Source of the DNA: Nitrospirota bacterium
GTDB taxonomy: Bacteria > Nitrospirota > UBA9217
Direction of reading: 5' to 3'
DNA: 64,000 nucleotides
Assembly: GCA_035623825.1 (NCBI GenBank)
Contig: DASPSR010000020.1
Coordinates: forward strand, 81,978 to 145,977
Shown here: positions 25,514-34,984 of the stretch, one piece after another
Numbering within the stretch: position 1 is the first letter of the stretch
How the letters are laid out: every line of letters begins with the position of its first letter
The notes under the pieces: model-generated
The model's input: only the letters and a program-made list of their open reading frames with translations
Told to the model about the DNA's origin: nothing
The model's database searches: none
Made by a program: the position numbers and the translations under genes

Positions 25514-26443
25514 ATGCACAACAGAGAACAGATTCAGCAGAGGCTTGATGAACTTATACGAGAATACGGCAGCTGGGCCAATGACATCCCTCTCCTTTTT
25601 GACGTCTGGACCAGGGGAAATCTGCGAATACCGCATACAAGACTCAAGCGAATAGTCCAAGCTGTGAGCGATCTATCCAAGAAGCCGATTTCTGAATGCC
25701 GCATCCTCGATTTGGGATGTCTGGATGGGATGTTCTCCATTGAATTCGCATTACAGGGGGCTGACACGATTGGTGTGGAGATAAGAGAAGCTAACATTAA
25801 GAAAGCCCTGTTCTGCAAAGAAGTTCTGAATCTGCAAAATCTGGATTTTCGCCGGGACGATGTCAGAAACATATCCGTCGAGTCGTATGGTAGATTTGAC
25901 GCCATTATATGCAGTGGCATCCTCTATCACTTACCTTCCGTTGACGCGATCAACCTTATCAGGACTATGCATGAGATGTCGCATAGACTCGTCGTGATCG
26001 ACACTCATGTGGCTCTTGAGCCGATAGGGAGAGTTCTTAACAACGGCGACGAATATTGGGGCGATATATACCGCGAGCACCCCGATGACTCAACTCCGGA
26101 GGAGAAAGCGAAGAGGCCGTGGGCCTCGGCAGATAATCCGCTTAGCTTCTGGTTCACCAGGCCTTCCTTGGTCAACATCCTCAGCAAAGCCGGGTTCTCC
26201 TCCGTATATGAGTGCTTTACCCCTGCACACTTGAATTATGGAAAACCCGGACTCGAACATCAGAATCGATGCACTTTCATTGCGCTCAAGGACGACATCA
26301 GTGAGCTCAAAACGTCGCCCGAGGCCAATGGTCTTCAGGAAAGATGGCCCGAAGGAAGCCTTAGTTACGCTCCTAAATCAAAAACCCGGATCAGGCGCTT
26401 GTACAAAAGAGTGTTACTGAAACTCAAGGGAATGAGAGCCTGA
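25514..26443 (+). CDS. Class I SAM-dependent methyltransferase (CmoB-like fold)
   Basis: ILDLGCLDG motif I; FDAIICSGILYHL. Confidence 0.85.
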   Translation: MHNREQIQQRLDELIREYGSWANDIPLLFDVWTRGNLRIPHTRLKRIVQAVSDLSKKPISECRILDLGCLDGMFSIEFALQGADTIGVEIREANIKKALFCKEVLNLQNLDFRRDDVRNISVESYGRFDAIICSGILYHLPSVDAINLIRTMHEMSHRLVVIDTHVALEPIGRVLNNGDEYWGDIYREHPDDSTPEEKAKRPWASADNPLSFWFTRPSLVNILSKAGFSSVYECFTPAHLNYGKPGLEHQNRCTFIALKDDISELKTSPEANGLQERWPEGSLSYAPKSKTRIRRLYKRVLLKLKGMRA

Positions 26444-26448
26444 CTATC

Positions 26449-26581
26449 GCGTGTTCACTCGATATAGGAAATAACCTCCCGCTCTCCTCGGCGGTCCATT
26501 TGGTAGGCTGAGCGAGACCCTAAGGGTCCGCGCAAAAACAGCGACGCACCTGAGAGGATCGAACGGCTATCAAGACGACGC
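26449..26581 (-). ncRNA. Candidate structured RNA immediately downstream of rtcB (family not recognised)
   Basis: Nested minus-strand helices GCGT/ACGC, CTTGATA/TATCGAG, CTCTC/GAGAG, GGTG/CGCC, GTC/GAC, GCTG/CAGC, GCG/CGC, GACCC/GGGTC. Confidence 0.35.
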
Positions 26582-26615
26582 ATGCGCCCACCGACCCCAC
26601 AGGGTGCTGCGTCCC

Positions 26616-28046
26616 CTAGCCCTTCACGCATGCGATCGGCCTGACCCGCGCCACTTTTCTCGCAAGGTTCGCAGAGTGCGCGGCGTCCACCACCTCGGTC
26701 ACGTTCTTGTACGACTCCGGTGCTTCCTCGGCTATGCCGGAGTAGGAATGACCTCTCACCACGATCCCCTGTTCGGCGAGGGCCTTTATGACATCCCTGC
26801 CTTGCCAGCGCTTCTTGGCCTGAGTGCGCGACATGGCCCTGCCTGCTCCATGGCACGCAGACCCGAAGGCCTCCTTCATCCCTTCCTCGGTCCCGACGAG
26901 GATGTATGACGAGGTCCCCATAGTGCCGCCGATGAGCACAGGCTGCCCGACATGCCGGTATTCAACGGGAAGGTCAATCTGCCCGGGTCCGAATGCCCTT
27001 GTCGCGCCTTTGCGATGCACATACAGTCTCTTCTTCTTGCCGTTCACGAAATGTGTCTCTACCTTGCAGGTATTATGGCTGATGTCGTAGAGCATCTTGA
27101 CCCGCCCTTCGGGATAGACCTCAGTGAATATCTCTCGCACCAGATGCGTGATGATCTGCCTGTTGGCCAGGGCGCAGTTTATGCCCGCGGACATGGCGCC
27201 GAAATACTTCTTCCCTTCCGGCGAGTTGATCGGCGCGCATGCCAGCTCCCGGTCCTTGATGGTGATGTTGTATTTCTGGAGGGTAAAGGCGAGGCTCGTT
27301 AAATAATCGGTCCCGATCTGATGTCCAAGACCCCGTGAACCGCAATGCACGGAGATCACCACATCGTCTTTCTTGAGGCCCATTGCCTGTGCGGCCCTCT
27401 CATCGTATACATCGGCCACAACTTGCACCTCAAGGTAGTGGTTTCCAGAGCCGAGTGTCCCCATCTCTCGGTACTGGCGTTTTTTCGCCGTATCCGAAAC
27501 ATAGTCCGGCTCCGCACCGTCTATCCTGCCGTGTTCCTCGATGTAGTCCAGGTCATCCTTGACGCCATAGCCCTTCCGAATGGCCCACTCTGCGCCACCA
27601 AGCAGCATCTCGTCGATCTGTCCGGGCGTGAGTTTGATCAGCCCCTCTGAGCCCAGACCGGCCGGCACGCGACGGAAGAGTTCGTCGACAAGCGTCTTGA
27701 TCCGGGGGATAACCTCCTCCCGCGTCATCCCGGTCTTCATGGTCCTCACACCGCAGGAGATATCGAAGCCGACGCCGCCCATGGAGATGATGCCCCCCTC
27801 GTCCGGATCGAACGCCGCCACCCCTCCGATGGGGAAACCGTATCCCCAGTGGGCATCAGGCATGGCGATCGATGCGGCCTGGATACCCGGCAGCGCTGCG
27901 ACGTTCGTGACCTGCTCACGCACCTTCTCGTCCATCTCCTGGATCAGCTTTTCGCTCGCGAATATTCTGCCTGGAACGCGCATCTCGCCCTGCCTTGGAA
28001 TCTCCCAGAGGTGGTCGCTGATCTTAGATAATGTTTTGAGGTCCAT
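26616..28046 (-). CDS. rtcB: RNA-splicing/repair ligase RtcB (archaeal/eukaryote-like type)
   Basis: MPDAHWGYGFPIGGV, GFDISCGVR, GTLGSGNHYLE, HCGSRGLG, HRKGATRA, CHGAGR, EEAP..YK. Confidence 0.96.
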   Translation of the reverse strand: MDLKTLSKISDHLWEIPRQGEMRVPGRIFASEKLIQEMDEKVREQVTNVAALPGIQAASIAMPDAHWGYGFPIGGVAAFDPDEGGIISMGGVGFDISCGVRTMKTGMTREEVIPRIKTLVDELFRRVPAGLGSEGLIKLTPGQIDEMLLGGAEWAIRKGYGVKDDLDYIEEHGRIDGAEPDYVSDTAKKRQYREMGTLGSGNHYLEVQVVADVYDERAAQAMGLKKDDVVISVHCGSRGLGHQIGTDYLTSLAFTLQKYNITIKDRELACAPINSPEGKKYFGAMSAGINCALANRQIITHLVREIFTEVYPEGRVKMLYDISHNTCKVETHFVNGKKKRLYVHRKGATRAFGPGQIDLPVEYRHVGQPVLIGGTMGTSSYILVGTEEGMKEAFGSACHGAGRAMSRTQAKKRWQGRDVIKALAEQGIVVRGHSYSGIAEEAPESYKNVTEVVDAAHSANLARKVARVRPIACVKG

Positions 28047-28127
28047 GGTATTCCCTCTGCCGCTCACGGAAGCTTAAGACTGCGGCTGCTTCCTGATTGC
28101 CGGCCCCTACGCTCCAGTTCCTCTCTT

Positions 28128-28541
28128 TTAGACATCCACGACGCACTGCGCCGTGTATGCGCCGTTCTCCTCCTTGACGCTCAGCAAATAATACGTTGCG
28201 CCCTTAACTTCCACGCGGGGTTCGTGACGGTCCCGGTCCAGCGTCTCCCCCCATGCTGCTCCGGTAAGCATCGTGCCTTCTATATTCACGTCGAACTTTG
28301 AGAAAATCAGGCGTTCTATATCGGAGGTGGCAAGCAAGGCGTTCAACCATTCCACAAGCAGCAGCTCCCGGTCCGCGGCCGAGACCGAGAAGGTTCTCTT
28401 CTCCCGCGGATATACCGCGTCGATATTCACCATCACGGAATACATCGCAACTGCCGCGTTCTCGAAGGCCTCCTCCATGCTGTTGCCGAACCCGCGTATG
28501 CCAATGTCCGCCTCGTGTTCAAAGGTCTCGAATTGAACCAT
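28128..28541 (-). CDS. Archease
   Basis: EHEADIGI, LLVEWLNALL, EVKGATYY, C-terminal VVDV; adjacent to rtcB. Confidence 0.93.
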   Translation of the reverse strand: MVQFETFEHEADIGIRGFGNSMEEAFENAAVAMYSVMVNIDAVYPREKRTFSVSAADRELLLVEWLNALLATSDIERLIFSKFDVNIEGTMLTGAAWGETLDRDRHEPRVEVKGATYYLLSVKEENGAYTAQCVVDV

Positions 28542-28550
28542 CAAAAGGCC

Positions 28551-28591
28551 TTTTCATGCATATTCATGCATATTATTGCATATTTTATGCA
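28551..28591. repeat. Four tandem degenerate 10-bp units (consensus TATTCATGCA) upstream of archease
   Basis: ttttcatgca tattcatgca tattattgca tattttatgca. Confidence 0.7.
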
Positions 28592-28636
28592 CATTCTGAA
28601 GTCTCAATCTTCTCATGCCCGTCTGGCCTCCGTACC

Positions 28637-29647
28637 CTATCCCCACGACCCATCAACGGCCATTCCGCAGTAAGGACATTTGCCGTCTTTTATGTTGTTC
28701 TCATCAACGGAGAATCCGACCCGCTTGACCAGACTCTTTTTGCAATTCCAGCAGAACGTTTCCTCGCCCTCACCAGGGATATTCCCCTCATACACATAGC
28801 GGAGCCCGGCTTCGAGACCGATCTGCCTTGCCCGTTTCAGAGTTTCAAGCGGCGTCCGGGGCCGGTCTGTCAGGTTGTAGGTAGGATGGAACCTGGTCAC
28901 ATGCCAGGGGATGTCCTCACCCACAGATCTCACGAACTGTGCAATGCCTTTGAGCTCACCTTCGGAATCGTTGTGTCCCGGGATCACAAGCGTAGTGATC
29001 TCGATCCAGATGCCGAATTCCTTATAGAGCCTGATTGCGTCCAGGACCGGCTGGAGCCGGGCACCGCAAATCTTCTTGTAAAATTCGTCCGTAAATCCCT
29101 TGAGGTCGATATTTGCCGCATGGAGATAGGGGCGAATCACCTTGAGCGCCTCGGGCGTTATGTACCCGTTCGTGACAAACACGTTCTTAAGCCCCGCCTC
29201 GGCTGCCAGGCGCGCCGCATCGTAAGCAAGCTCGAAATAGATCGTGGGTTCGGTATAAGTGTATGAAATGCTCGCACAACGGTACTTGAGAGCTGCGGCA
29301 ACAATGGCGGACGGCGGTACTTCCTCGCCGAGGACGGCACCGCCATGGTCCCGGGGGAGCTGTGAGATATCCGCATTCTGGCAATGTCTGCATCGGAAGT
29401 TGCAGCCTGGCGTTGCAACGGAATAGGACAGGCTGCCGGGATGGAAGTGAAAGAGCGGCTTCTTCTCGATAGGGTCTATGTTGCGGGCGATCACCTTGTC
29501 GTACACGAGGCTGTAGAGGACGCCGTCGCGGTTTTCCCGCACGGCGCAGATGCCACGCTTCCCCGGAGAGATGAGGCAGCGGTGGCTGCAGAGGCTGCAC
29601 TGCACCTTTTTCTCTTCTCGCACCTCCTGGAACATTGCTTGCTTCAT
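28637..29647 (-). CDS. amrS: AmmeMemoRadiSam system radical SAM enzyme
   Basis: CSLCSHRC, DPIEKKPLFHFHPG, GCNFRCRHCQN, YTYTEP, C-terminal CWNC/CPYC. Confidence 0.92.
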   Translation of the reverse strand: MKQAMFQEVREEKKVQCSLCSHRCLISPGKRGICAVRENRDGVLYSLVYDKVIARNIDPIEKKPLFHFHPGSLSYSVATPGCNFRCRHCQNADISQLPRDHGGAVLGEEVPPSAIVAAALKYRCASISYTYTEPTIYFELAYDAARLAAEAGLKNVFVTNGYITPEALKVIRPYLHAANIDLKGFTDEFYKKICGARLQPVLDAIRLYKEFGIWIEITTLVIPGHNDSEGELKGIAQFVRSVGEDIPWHVTRFHPTYNLTDRPRTPLETLKRARQIGLEAGLRYVYEGNIPGEGEETFCWNCKKSLVKRVGFSVDENNIKDGKCPYCGMAVDGSWG

Positions 29648-29744
29648 CGATTCGATTCCTTGCATGAGAAAAGACGAGCAGGGGTCAAGGTCCCTTCAAT
29701 CGATCTCGATATCCCTTAAGGAATATGCTTGAGCAGATACGGCT

Positions 29745-30512
29745 TTATTTCATTGTCTTCTCTGTTTTGCGTTTATGCTCGACTGCCTCAGCCTGAATTC
29801 TCGTCTTGCATTCCGTGCAGATGAGATCCGGCGACGGTTTGCCGCAGGTAAGACACCGCCTGCCCTTGGAGGGCTGCAATCCCTCTGCCTTGAAGATCAT
29901 CTCGAGGAATTCACTCTCCGTCACATGGCCGTCCATGTGGAGGTTCTCCCCGAAGATCGTCTTGGGCAGAGTCTTAATATCATATTTTCTAATGAGCTCC
30001 GGGAAGTCGCTCGCAATGACAATATCGGTATAGATAATTTTGTTTTCGAGCGCCAGCCCTATGGCTGTTTCCGCCACCGGCCGGCATTGAGGGCAGTCAC
30101 TTTCCACGTATACCTGTATCTTGACGTCGCGTGAAAGATACTTCAATGTGCTCCTTATTTTCTCCGGGAACCATACTTTTTTCTCTGAAACAGCCAAGAT
30201 CGTGTCGAAAAGCACTTCAAGGAACACATCTTCGAGCAGTCCGGAAAAAGTGACCGCGTGACCCTCTCCTCCCTGAACGACGATGGCCGGCACCATCTTG
30301 ATGTCGTACTGGCTGGTTTTATCCCGATCCATCACCATGTCGTACTCTTCAAGGGCGATTTTCGGTGAATGGGTCCTTATCGCGCGGACGAGTTTGCGGG
30401 CTTCAGGACAGGTTTCACACCCGACATCGCGGGTGAAAAGGACCAGTCTGACAGGATTTTTCATATGAGCAAGCGCGGTATGTCTTTCGTTCGCCAGGCC
30501 CTCTTTTGTCAT
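29745..30512 (-). CDS. Two-domain protein disulfide oxidoreductase (AhpF-N/glutaredoxin-like) with C-terminal Cys4 finger
   Basis: CETC and CPQC thioredoxin folds; tail CLTC...CTEC. Confidence 0.8.
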   Translation of the reverse strand: MTKEGLANERHTALAHMKNPVRLVLFTRDVGCETCPEARKLVRAIRTHSPKIALEEYDMVMDRDKTSQYDIKMVPAIVVQGGEGHAVTFSGLLEDVFLEVLFDTILAVSEKKVWFPEKIRSTLKYLSRDVKIQVYVESDCPQCRPVAETAIGLALENKIIYTDIVIASDFPELIRKYDIKTLPKTIFGENLHMDGHVTESEFLEMIFKAEGLQPSKGRRCLTCGKPSPDLICTECKTRIQAEAVEHKRKTEKTMK

Positions 30513-30677
30513 GGTCGCTCCATACGGTTCTCTTGTTTTATTTCCTATATTATATCAAATTTTCATAGACTGCTCAGGCACTAGAGCAAACTCATGAGAA
30601 AACATCTTGAATGGGTGAACTTGAATTGCTATAATGCCTCGGATTATCAGCAGACGGTCTTTGTGGAGGGTAAACGA

Positions 30678-30998
30678 ATGAAAAGCGTGATGGCAATCTC
30701 CATTCTCGCGGCCTGCCTGGTCATTCCGCTCATCGCGCTTACGGACAAAGTTGGCGGCGGTGACCTGGCCTTCACGCCGAAGAACGCGGCGCCCGTCGTC
30801 TTCAGCCATGAAGTGCACGTGATAGGAAAAGGCCTCAAATGCACGGGATGTCACTATCAGGTATTCCAGATGGCCCAAGGGTCTTACAAAATGGACATGA
30901 GCAGGATCAACAAGGGAGGCTTCTGCGGCAAGTGCCATAACGGGCGGAAGGCGTTCGATACGAAGGACGAGAAAAACTGCGGAAAATGCCACAAATAG
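30678..30998 (+). CDS. c7-type triheme cytochrome c
   Basis: Signal peptide; VFSHEVH, CTGCH, M...G.FCGKCHNG..AF, CGKCH. Confidence 0.9.
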   Translation: MKSVMAISILAACLVIPLIALTDKVGGGDLAFTPKNAAPVVFSHEVHVIGKGLKCTGCHYQVFQMAQGSYKMDMSRINKGGFCGKCHNGRKAFDTKDEKNCGKCHK

Positions 30999-31119
30999 AG
31001 AATCAAGATTTCTTTAGACCGCGAGTTTGCTCCTAACAACCAGGGGCCTATTCGTGATATCCTTTCAATTGGAAACCCGTCTGTGAAACCACGCATGCTT
31101 CCCAGCGTCGGGGAGCGCT

Positions 31120-31836
31120 TCAAGGTATGTTGAGCAGTACTTCAGCAATCTCCTCGGGTCGCGAGACCATCATATCGTGACCCGCGTCGATCAAAACAGG
31201 TTTCACGCCGAGCCGGTCGGCGAATACCCTCGTAAGCTCAGGCGGCAGGCTCTTGTCCCTCAGACCCAATATGTAGGTCTTCGGTATTTTCAGGCTGTAA
31301 AAGCGCTTGAGGGGGATCTTTTCAAAAAAAACCGCCAGCGGTTGAGGCGTCAGCTGTTTCAGGAAAGAATCTTTTTCTTTGCCGTCGGGCAGATCGGTGA
31401 AATAGAGTGGCCTGAGAGCATCGATCGGTCCGTATATCTCTTTGGCCTGCCCCTCCATTTTGCGTAGCGTCTCCTGCCGCTCCTTTGTGAGCAGATCGAT
31501 GAGCGCGTCGCCGTCGCGCGGCACGACCGCCGCAAGGTAAACAAGATGGCGGATACGCTCCGGCACCTCTTCGACAACCCTGCTGATAATGATCCCCGAC
31601 ATACTGTGCCCTACGAGGACAATATCGGATATGTTCTTTTGTTTGATATAAGTAATAACGTCATCGATGTAGGCGCTCATGTCCACGCCCGACCGCTCGG
31701 CCGATCTTTTGCCATGGCCCGGAAGATCGATGGCGATCACCTTAGCGTCGTCGCCCCTCTTCTGGATGAGAGGGATAATGCGCTCCCACAGCCATGCCCC
31801 TCGCAAAGCCCCATGGATCAAAAGGTAGGTCTTCAT
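31120..31836 (-). CDS. Alpha/beta hydrolase (methylesterase-like)
   Basis: LIHGA, DLPGHG, GHSMSG nucleophile, AGHDMM. Confidence 0.9.
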   Translation of the reverse strand: MKTYLLIHGALRGAWLWERIIPLIQKRGDDAKVIAIDLPGHGKRSAERSGVDMSAYIDDVITYIKQKNISDIVLVGHSMSGIIISRVVEEVPERIRHLVYLAAVVPRDGDALIDLLTKERQETLRKMEGQAKEIYGPIDALRPLYFTDLPDGKEKDSFLKQLTPQPLAVFFEKIPLKRFYSLKIPKTYILGLRDKSLPPELTRVFADRLGVKPVLIDAGHDMMVSRPEEIAEVLLNIP

Positions 31837-32040
31837 CAAATTTCTCCGAGGAAACTTCGGCCTTCAGCCGGATAGGAATCGGATGCCTCAGTTTCCAGTC
31901 ATTGCGCGCAAATTTTCGGAACGCTGAAATATTTACCGGAAGGCGCTCCCGCTTCGTGCGGTCTCACTACAGACGCTTGACATGAAGGCTCCGGTCATCC
32001 AATTTCGAGATCAATGAATATCCCGGGATGAAAGAGCTCG

Positions 32041-33198
32041 CTATTTTCTGCGTTCCTTCCGGTATCTTCTGTCTTTTCCACTTCGCCGTTCAGCGCCCTT
32101 ATAGGCGGTATCTTTTGGTCTTCTGCGGTCCTCAGCCGTTCTCCGATTCCTGCGAGACCTCCGTTCTTTTTGCACCAGTTCGAGGAGATGGTCAAGCATC
32201 TCCTTTCTTTTTTCCGTAAGGATATTTTTATGCGTCGTATCGCTGCGAGTCTCCGTCGTTTTCAACTGGAATTCATAGTCTGAGATAAGCGAGACAAGAA
32301 CCTGTTCGAGCTGCGTGAAGAGTTCCCTGCCATCCTCATAACTGCTGTTCTTTCTGCCCTTGATCTTCTTCGTCAGGGTGGTTATCTCGTGGGCCATCTT
32401 CATTGCATGGTCGTGGATGGCCTCGTACAGCCTCGTCAAGGCGTACACGTCTTCCCTGAGGAGAGCCGATATCTCCTTCGAAAGCACAGCAACGTCTTTT
32501 TTGACGGTTTCGAGGTACTGCTTGGTAATCGGACCGCGGCGCAAGGAGTCCTTGAGATGATCCTTGAAGTGTGTCTTGATGTCCTCGACCAGCTGGTTCT
32601 CTTCCTTCCGTCCGATCTGGAAGCCTACAAGGACCACGATTGAAGCTTCGCAGAGCTTTTCAATCTTGACCAGATTGTCGCTGACATACAGCGCTATGCT
32701 GTTCAGCTCATCGGACAATACCGCCCAGCGCTTCTTGAGCGCTGCGAGCGTTTCTTTCCGCTCGGCGGCCATCTCCCGCAGCCTGGCAAGCCTGACCGCG
32801 TGATCTTCGTTATTCTGGTTGAGCCTGCTCATGTCTTCTTCGGCTGACCTGATAAACGCTGCCGGCTTCTTGAAATCGAGCGTTATGAGCGCGTGCAAGA
32901 GATACTTATACTGCTCCACCGCCGACTTGAGGGCGGGATTGATGAATCGGGAATGGCTGAGCACCGTGTAGAACATTTTCCCCGGGAGATCATGTCTCGA
33001 TGTCCCTTGCCGCTTATGAAGCTCGAACACCTGAACGTCTTTGAGCAGTTCACGATACGCTGTCAGATCATCGCCATGCAACTCCGGCCCACCGTTCTTT
33101 TTCGGGCTTTCGAGGAAATCACTGAGTTCTTCCTGCGATGGATAGAGGTCCGCGTTCGATTGAAAGCGAAGGCCGAATATGGTGGTTTCTGTCGTCAT
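32041..33198 (-). CDS. Hypothetical helical protein with C-terminal (D/E)RR repeats
   Basis: 385-aa ORF; tail ERRSRRNRRTAEDRR...YKGAERRSGKDRR. Confidence 0.75.
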   Translation of the reverse strand: MTTETTIFGLRFQSNADLYPSQEELSDFLESPKKNGGPELHGDDLTAYRELLKDVQVFELHKRQGTSRHDLPGKMFYTVLSHSRFINPALKSAVEQYKYLLHALITLDFKKPAAFIRSAEEDMSRLNQNNEDHAVRLARLREMAAERKETLAALKKRWAVLSDELNSIALYVSDNLVKIEKLCEASIVVLVGFQIGRKEENQLVEDIKTHFKDHLKDSLRRGPITKQYLETVKKDVAVLSKEISALLREDVYALTRLYEAIHDHAMKMAHEITTLTKKIKGRKNSSYEDGRELFTQLEQVLVSLISDYEFQLKTTETRSDTTHKNILTEKRKEMLDHLLELVQKERRSRRNRRTAEDRRRPKDTAYKGAERRSGKDRRYRKERRK

Positions 33199-33223
33199 GG
33201 GAATACCCGTCGTAAATGCGGCG

Positions 33224-33385
33224 TTAATGAATCATACAGAAATGAAGGTCCTCGGTCAAGAGGAGCGTTGCGATCGCGGAATTTTGGATGCGAACTCGTG
33301 CGGATCCCCTCTGGAGCAGAAAATCTCCGATCCTCCGCTGTTCCTGGGCTTCATCGTCCATGATCAGTACACGTGCTTCGTTCAT
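33224..33385 (-). pseudogene. Receiver-domain N-terminal remnant
   Basis: MNEARVLIMDDEAQEQRRIGDFLLQRG (beta1-DD-alpha1 of a REC domain), then similarity is lost; 53 codons. Confidence 0.55.
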
Positions 33386-33496
33386 CTGATACCCGATGCC
33401 TTCCGTTTCAATGATATATCGTGCACTCTTCGTCCTGCGGGGTCATGTTCAGGACAACGTACGGGTAAGTGCCGCGGAATCCTTCCCGTTCCATGT

Positions 33497-34453
33497 TTAC
33501 TGCCCCTTGCTCACTCTCCCATGCAGGTCCATGATGATCCCTTCTCTTAAGCCCCAATCGCTTACGATCATCTTGGTATACCCATATCGCTCCATGATTT
33601 CCTTTGCGACCACCGCTCCTGCCAGAATGATATCTTCGCGGCCGGACTCGATCCCGGGAAGACGTTTACGCTCCTCGAGCGTGCTCGTGCTGAGGATGTC
33701 GATTATTCCATCTATTGCGTCACGGGTCAGGATGAAACGGTTGATCTTCTCAGGATCATATTCCGTCAGTCCCTGCTCCATAGCGGCAAGCGTGGTCACT
33801 GTACCAGCGGTGCCGGCGAAAACGCCTGCGGGCTCCGTACCTATTATGCTGTCATGAGCGCTTAGTTCATCATTGACTGAACGCCTGAGCATAGCGAGTT
33901 CTTCTTGAGTCGGAGGATCGTGTTTGATGTACCGTTCCGTCAGGTACACCGCACCAAGCGGCATGCTTACCATCACCGCTTCCATTCCCGGGCGGGTCAT
34001 GATGATCTCGGTGCTGCCGCCCCCAATGTCGATAACGAGGGAGGACATCAGGGGATCGTCCCCGCCTTTGGCGCCGGCGCCTCTTAGTACGGCCGAGACA
34101 CCGAGGAGCGTGAGCCTTGCCTCCTCCTCGCCCGTGATCACGCTGATCTCGAGACCGACCCTCTTCCTTACATCATGTATGAACTCTGGGGTATTTGATG
34201 CCTTTCTGAGAGCGCTCGTGCCTATCGTCTCAGTATGAAGCGCATGGTGTTTACGTATGCTGTCTTGAAAATCAAGGAGTGCGCTCATGGACCGTTCCCA
34301 CGCGTCACGGGAGAGCATGCCCGTACGATCAAGGTCTTGTCCTAGACGTGTGATTCTTCTTTCGGAGCAGATTTCATGGAACGAATCAGGCCCGGTCTCG
34401 GCCACGAGCAGACGGAGTGTATTCGTGCCTATATCGATCCCCGCAAGGATCAT
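33497..34453 (-). CDS. ppx: Ppx/GppA exopolyphosphatase (short form)
   Basis: IDIGTNTLRL, TSALR, GEEEARL, DIGGGSTE, GLREG. Confidence 0.92.
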   Translation of the reverse strand: MILAGIDIGTNTLRLLVAETGPDSFHEICSERRITRLGQDLDRTGMLSRDAWERSMSALLDFQDSIRKHHALHTETIGTSALRKASNTPEFIHDVRKRVGLEISVITGEEEARLTLLGVSAVLRGAGAKGGDDPLMSSLVIDIGGGSTEIIMTRPGMEAVMVSMPLGAVYLTERYIKHDPPTQEELAMLRRSVNDELSAHDSIIGTEPAGVFAGTAGTVTTLAAMEQGLTEYDPEKINRFILTRDAIDGIIDILSTSTLEERKRLPGIESGREDIILAGAVVAKEIMERYGYTKMIVSDWGLREGIIMDLHGRVSKGQ

Positions 34454-34902
34454 TCGATCAGCATGTCCTTAAGCTTGGTGCTATAGGCCTTCACGCGCAT
34501 GGCAAGCAGTTTCGCGATCGTCATTGCAACGCGTGCACCGGTCCTCGGGTCAAGTTCGACCAGTGCCTGGAAATCCTTTCTCGTGAGCAGGAGGAGTTCT
34601 ACCGGCGTCTCGGCCCGTGCCGTCACCAGCCTGCTCTCTTCCTGCAGCAGAGCGAGTTCTCCGAAAAACTCTCCCGGCCCGAGCATGAGAAGGGGCTTTT
34701 CCTCACCCTCCCCTGCCATGATGCTGATCCTGACAATCCCGCTTTTTATGATATAGAGGGCCTCGGCAGGCATCTTTTCGGTAAAGATATTCGTATTCTG
34801 CTTTATCTGGCGCTCCTGGAACAATCCGGAAGCAAGCTCGATCTCTTCATTGCTGCTGCCCTTGAAGAGCACGGTTTTCTTTATAAGTTCCAGGTTATCC
34901 AT
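34450..34902 (-). CDS. Stand-alone cyclic nucleotide-binding domain protein (no HTH)
   Basis: LYIIKSG.V, GEFFGELALL...R..TARA. Confidence 0.88.
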   Translation of the reverse strand: MDNLELIKKTVLFKGSSNEEIELASGLFQERQIKQNTNIFTEKMPAEALYIIKSGIVRISIMAGEGEEKPLLMLGPGEFFGELALLQEESRLVTARAETPVELLLLTRKDFQALVELDPRTGARVAMTIAKLLAMRVKAYSTKLKDMLIE

Positions 34903-34984
34903 TGTGGCCCCTGCAGTGACTTTAGGTTAAATAAAACACATGGTTGCATTATAAGTACGCACCTATAATTTGTCAAGGAATAGC

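Noticed and set aside
26480-26560. Glycine riboswitch, tRNA or hammerhead ribozyme
   Set aside because: CTCTCAGG and GGAGA elements are in the wrong order, the GTTCGATC has no T-stem, and there is no CUGANGA/GAAA core
26455-26856. 133-aa minus-strand ORF overlapping the rtcB 3' end
   Set aside because: Out-of-frame overlap with rtcB and no recognisable motifs
34450-34902. cNMP-binding protein as the activator of the TATGA-N6-TCATA boxes
   Set aside because: It has no C-terminal HTH domain
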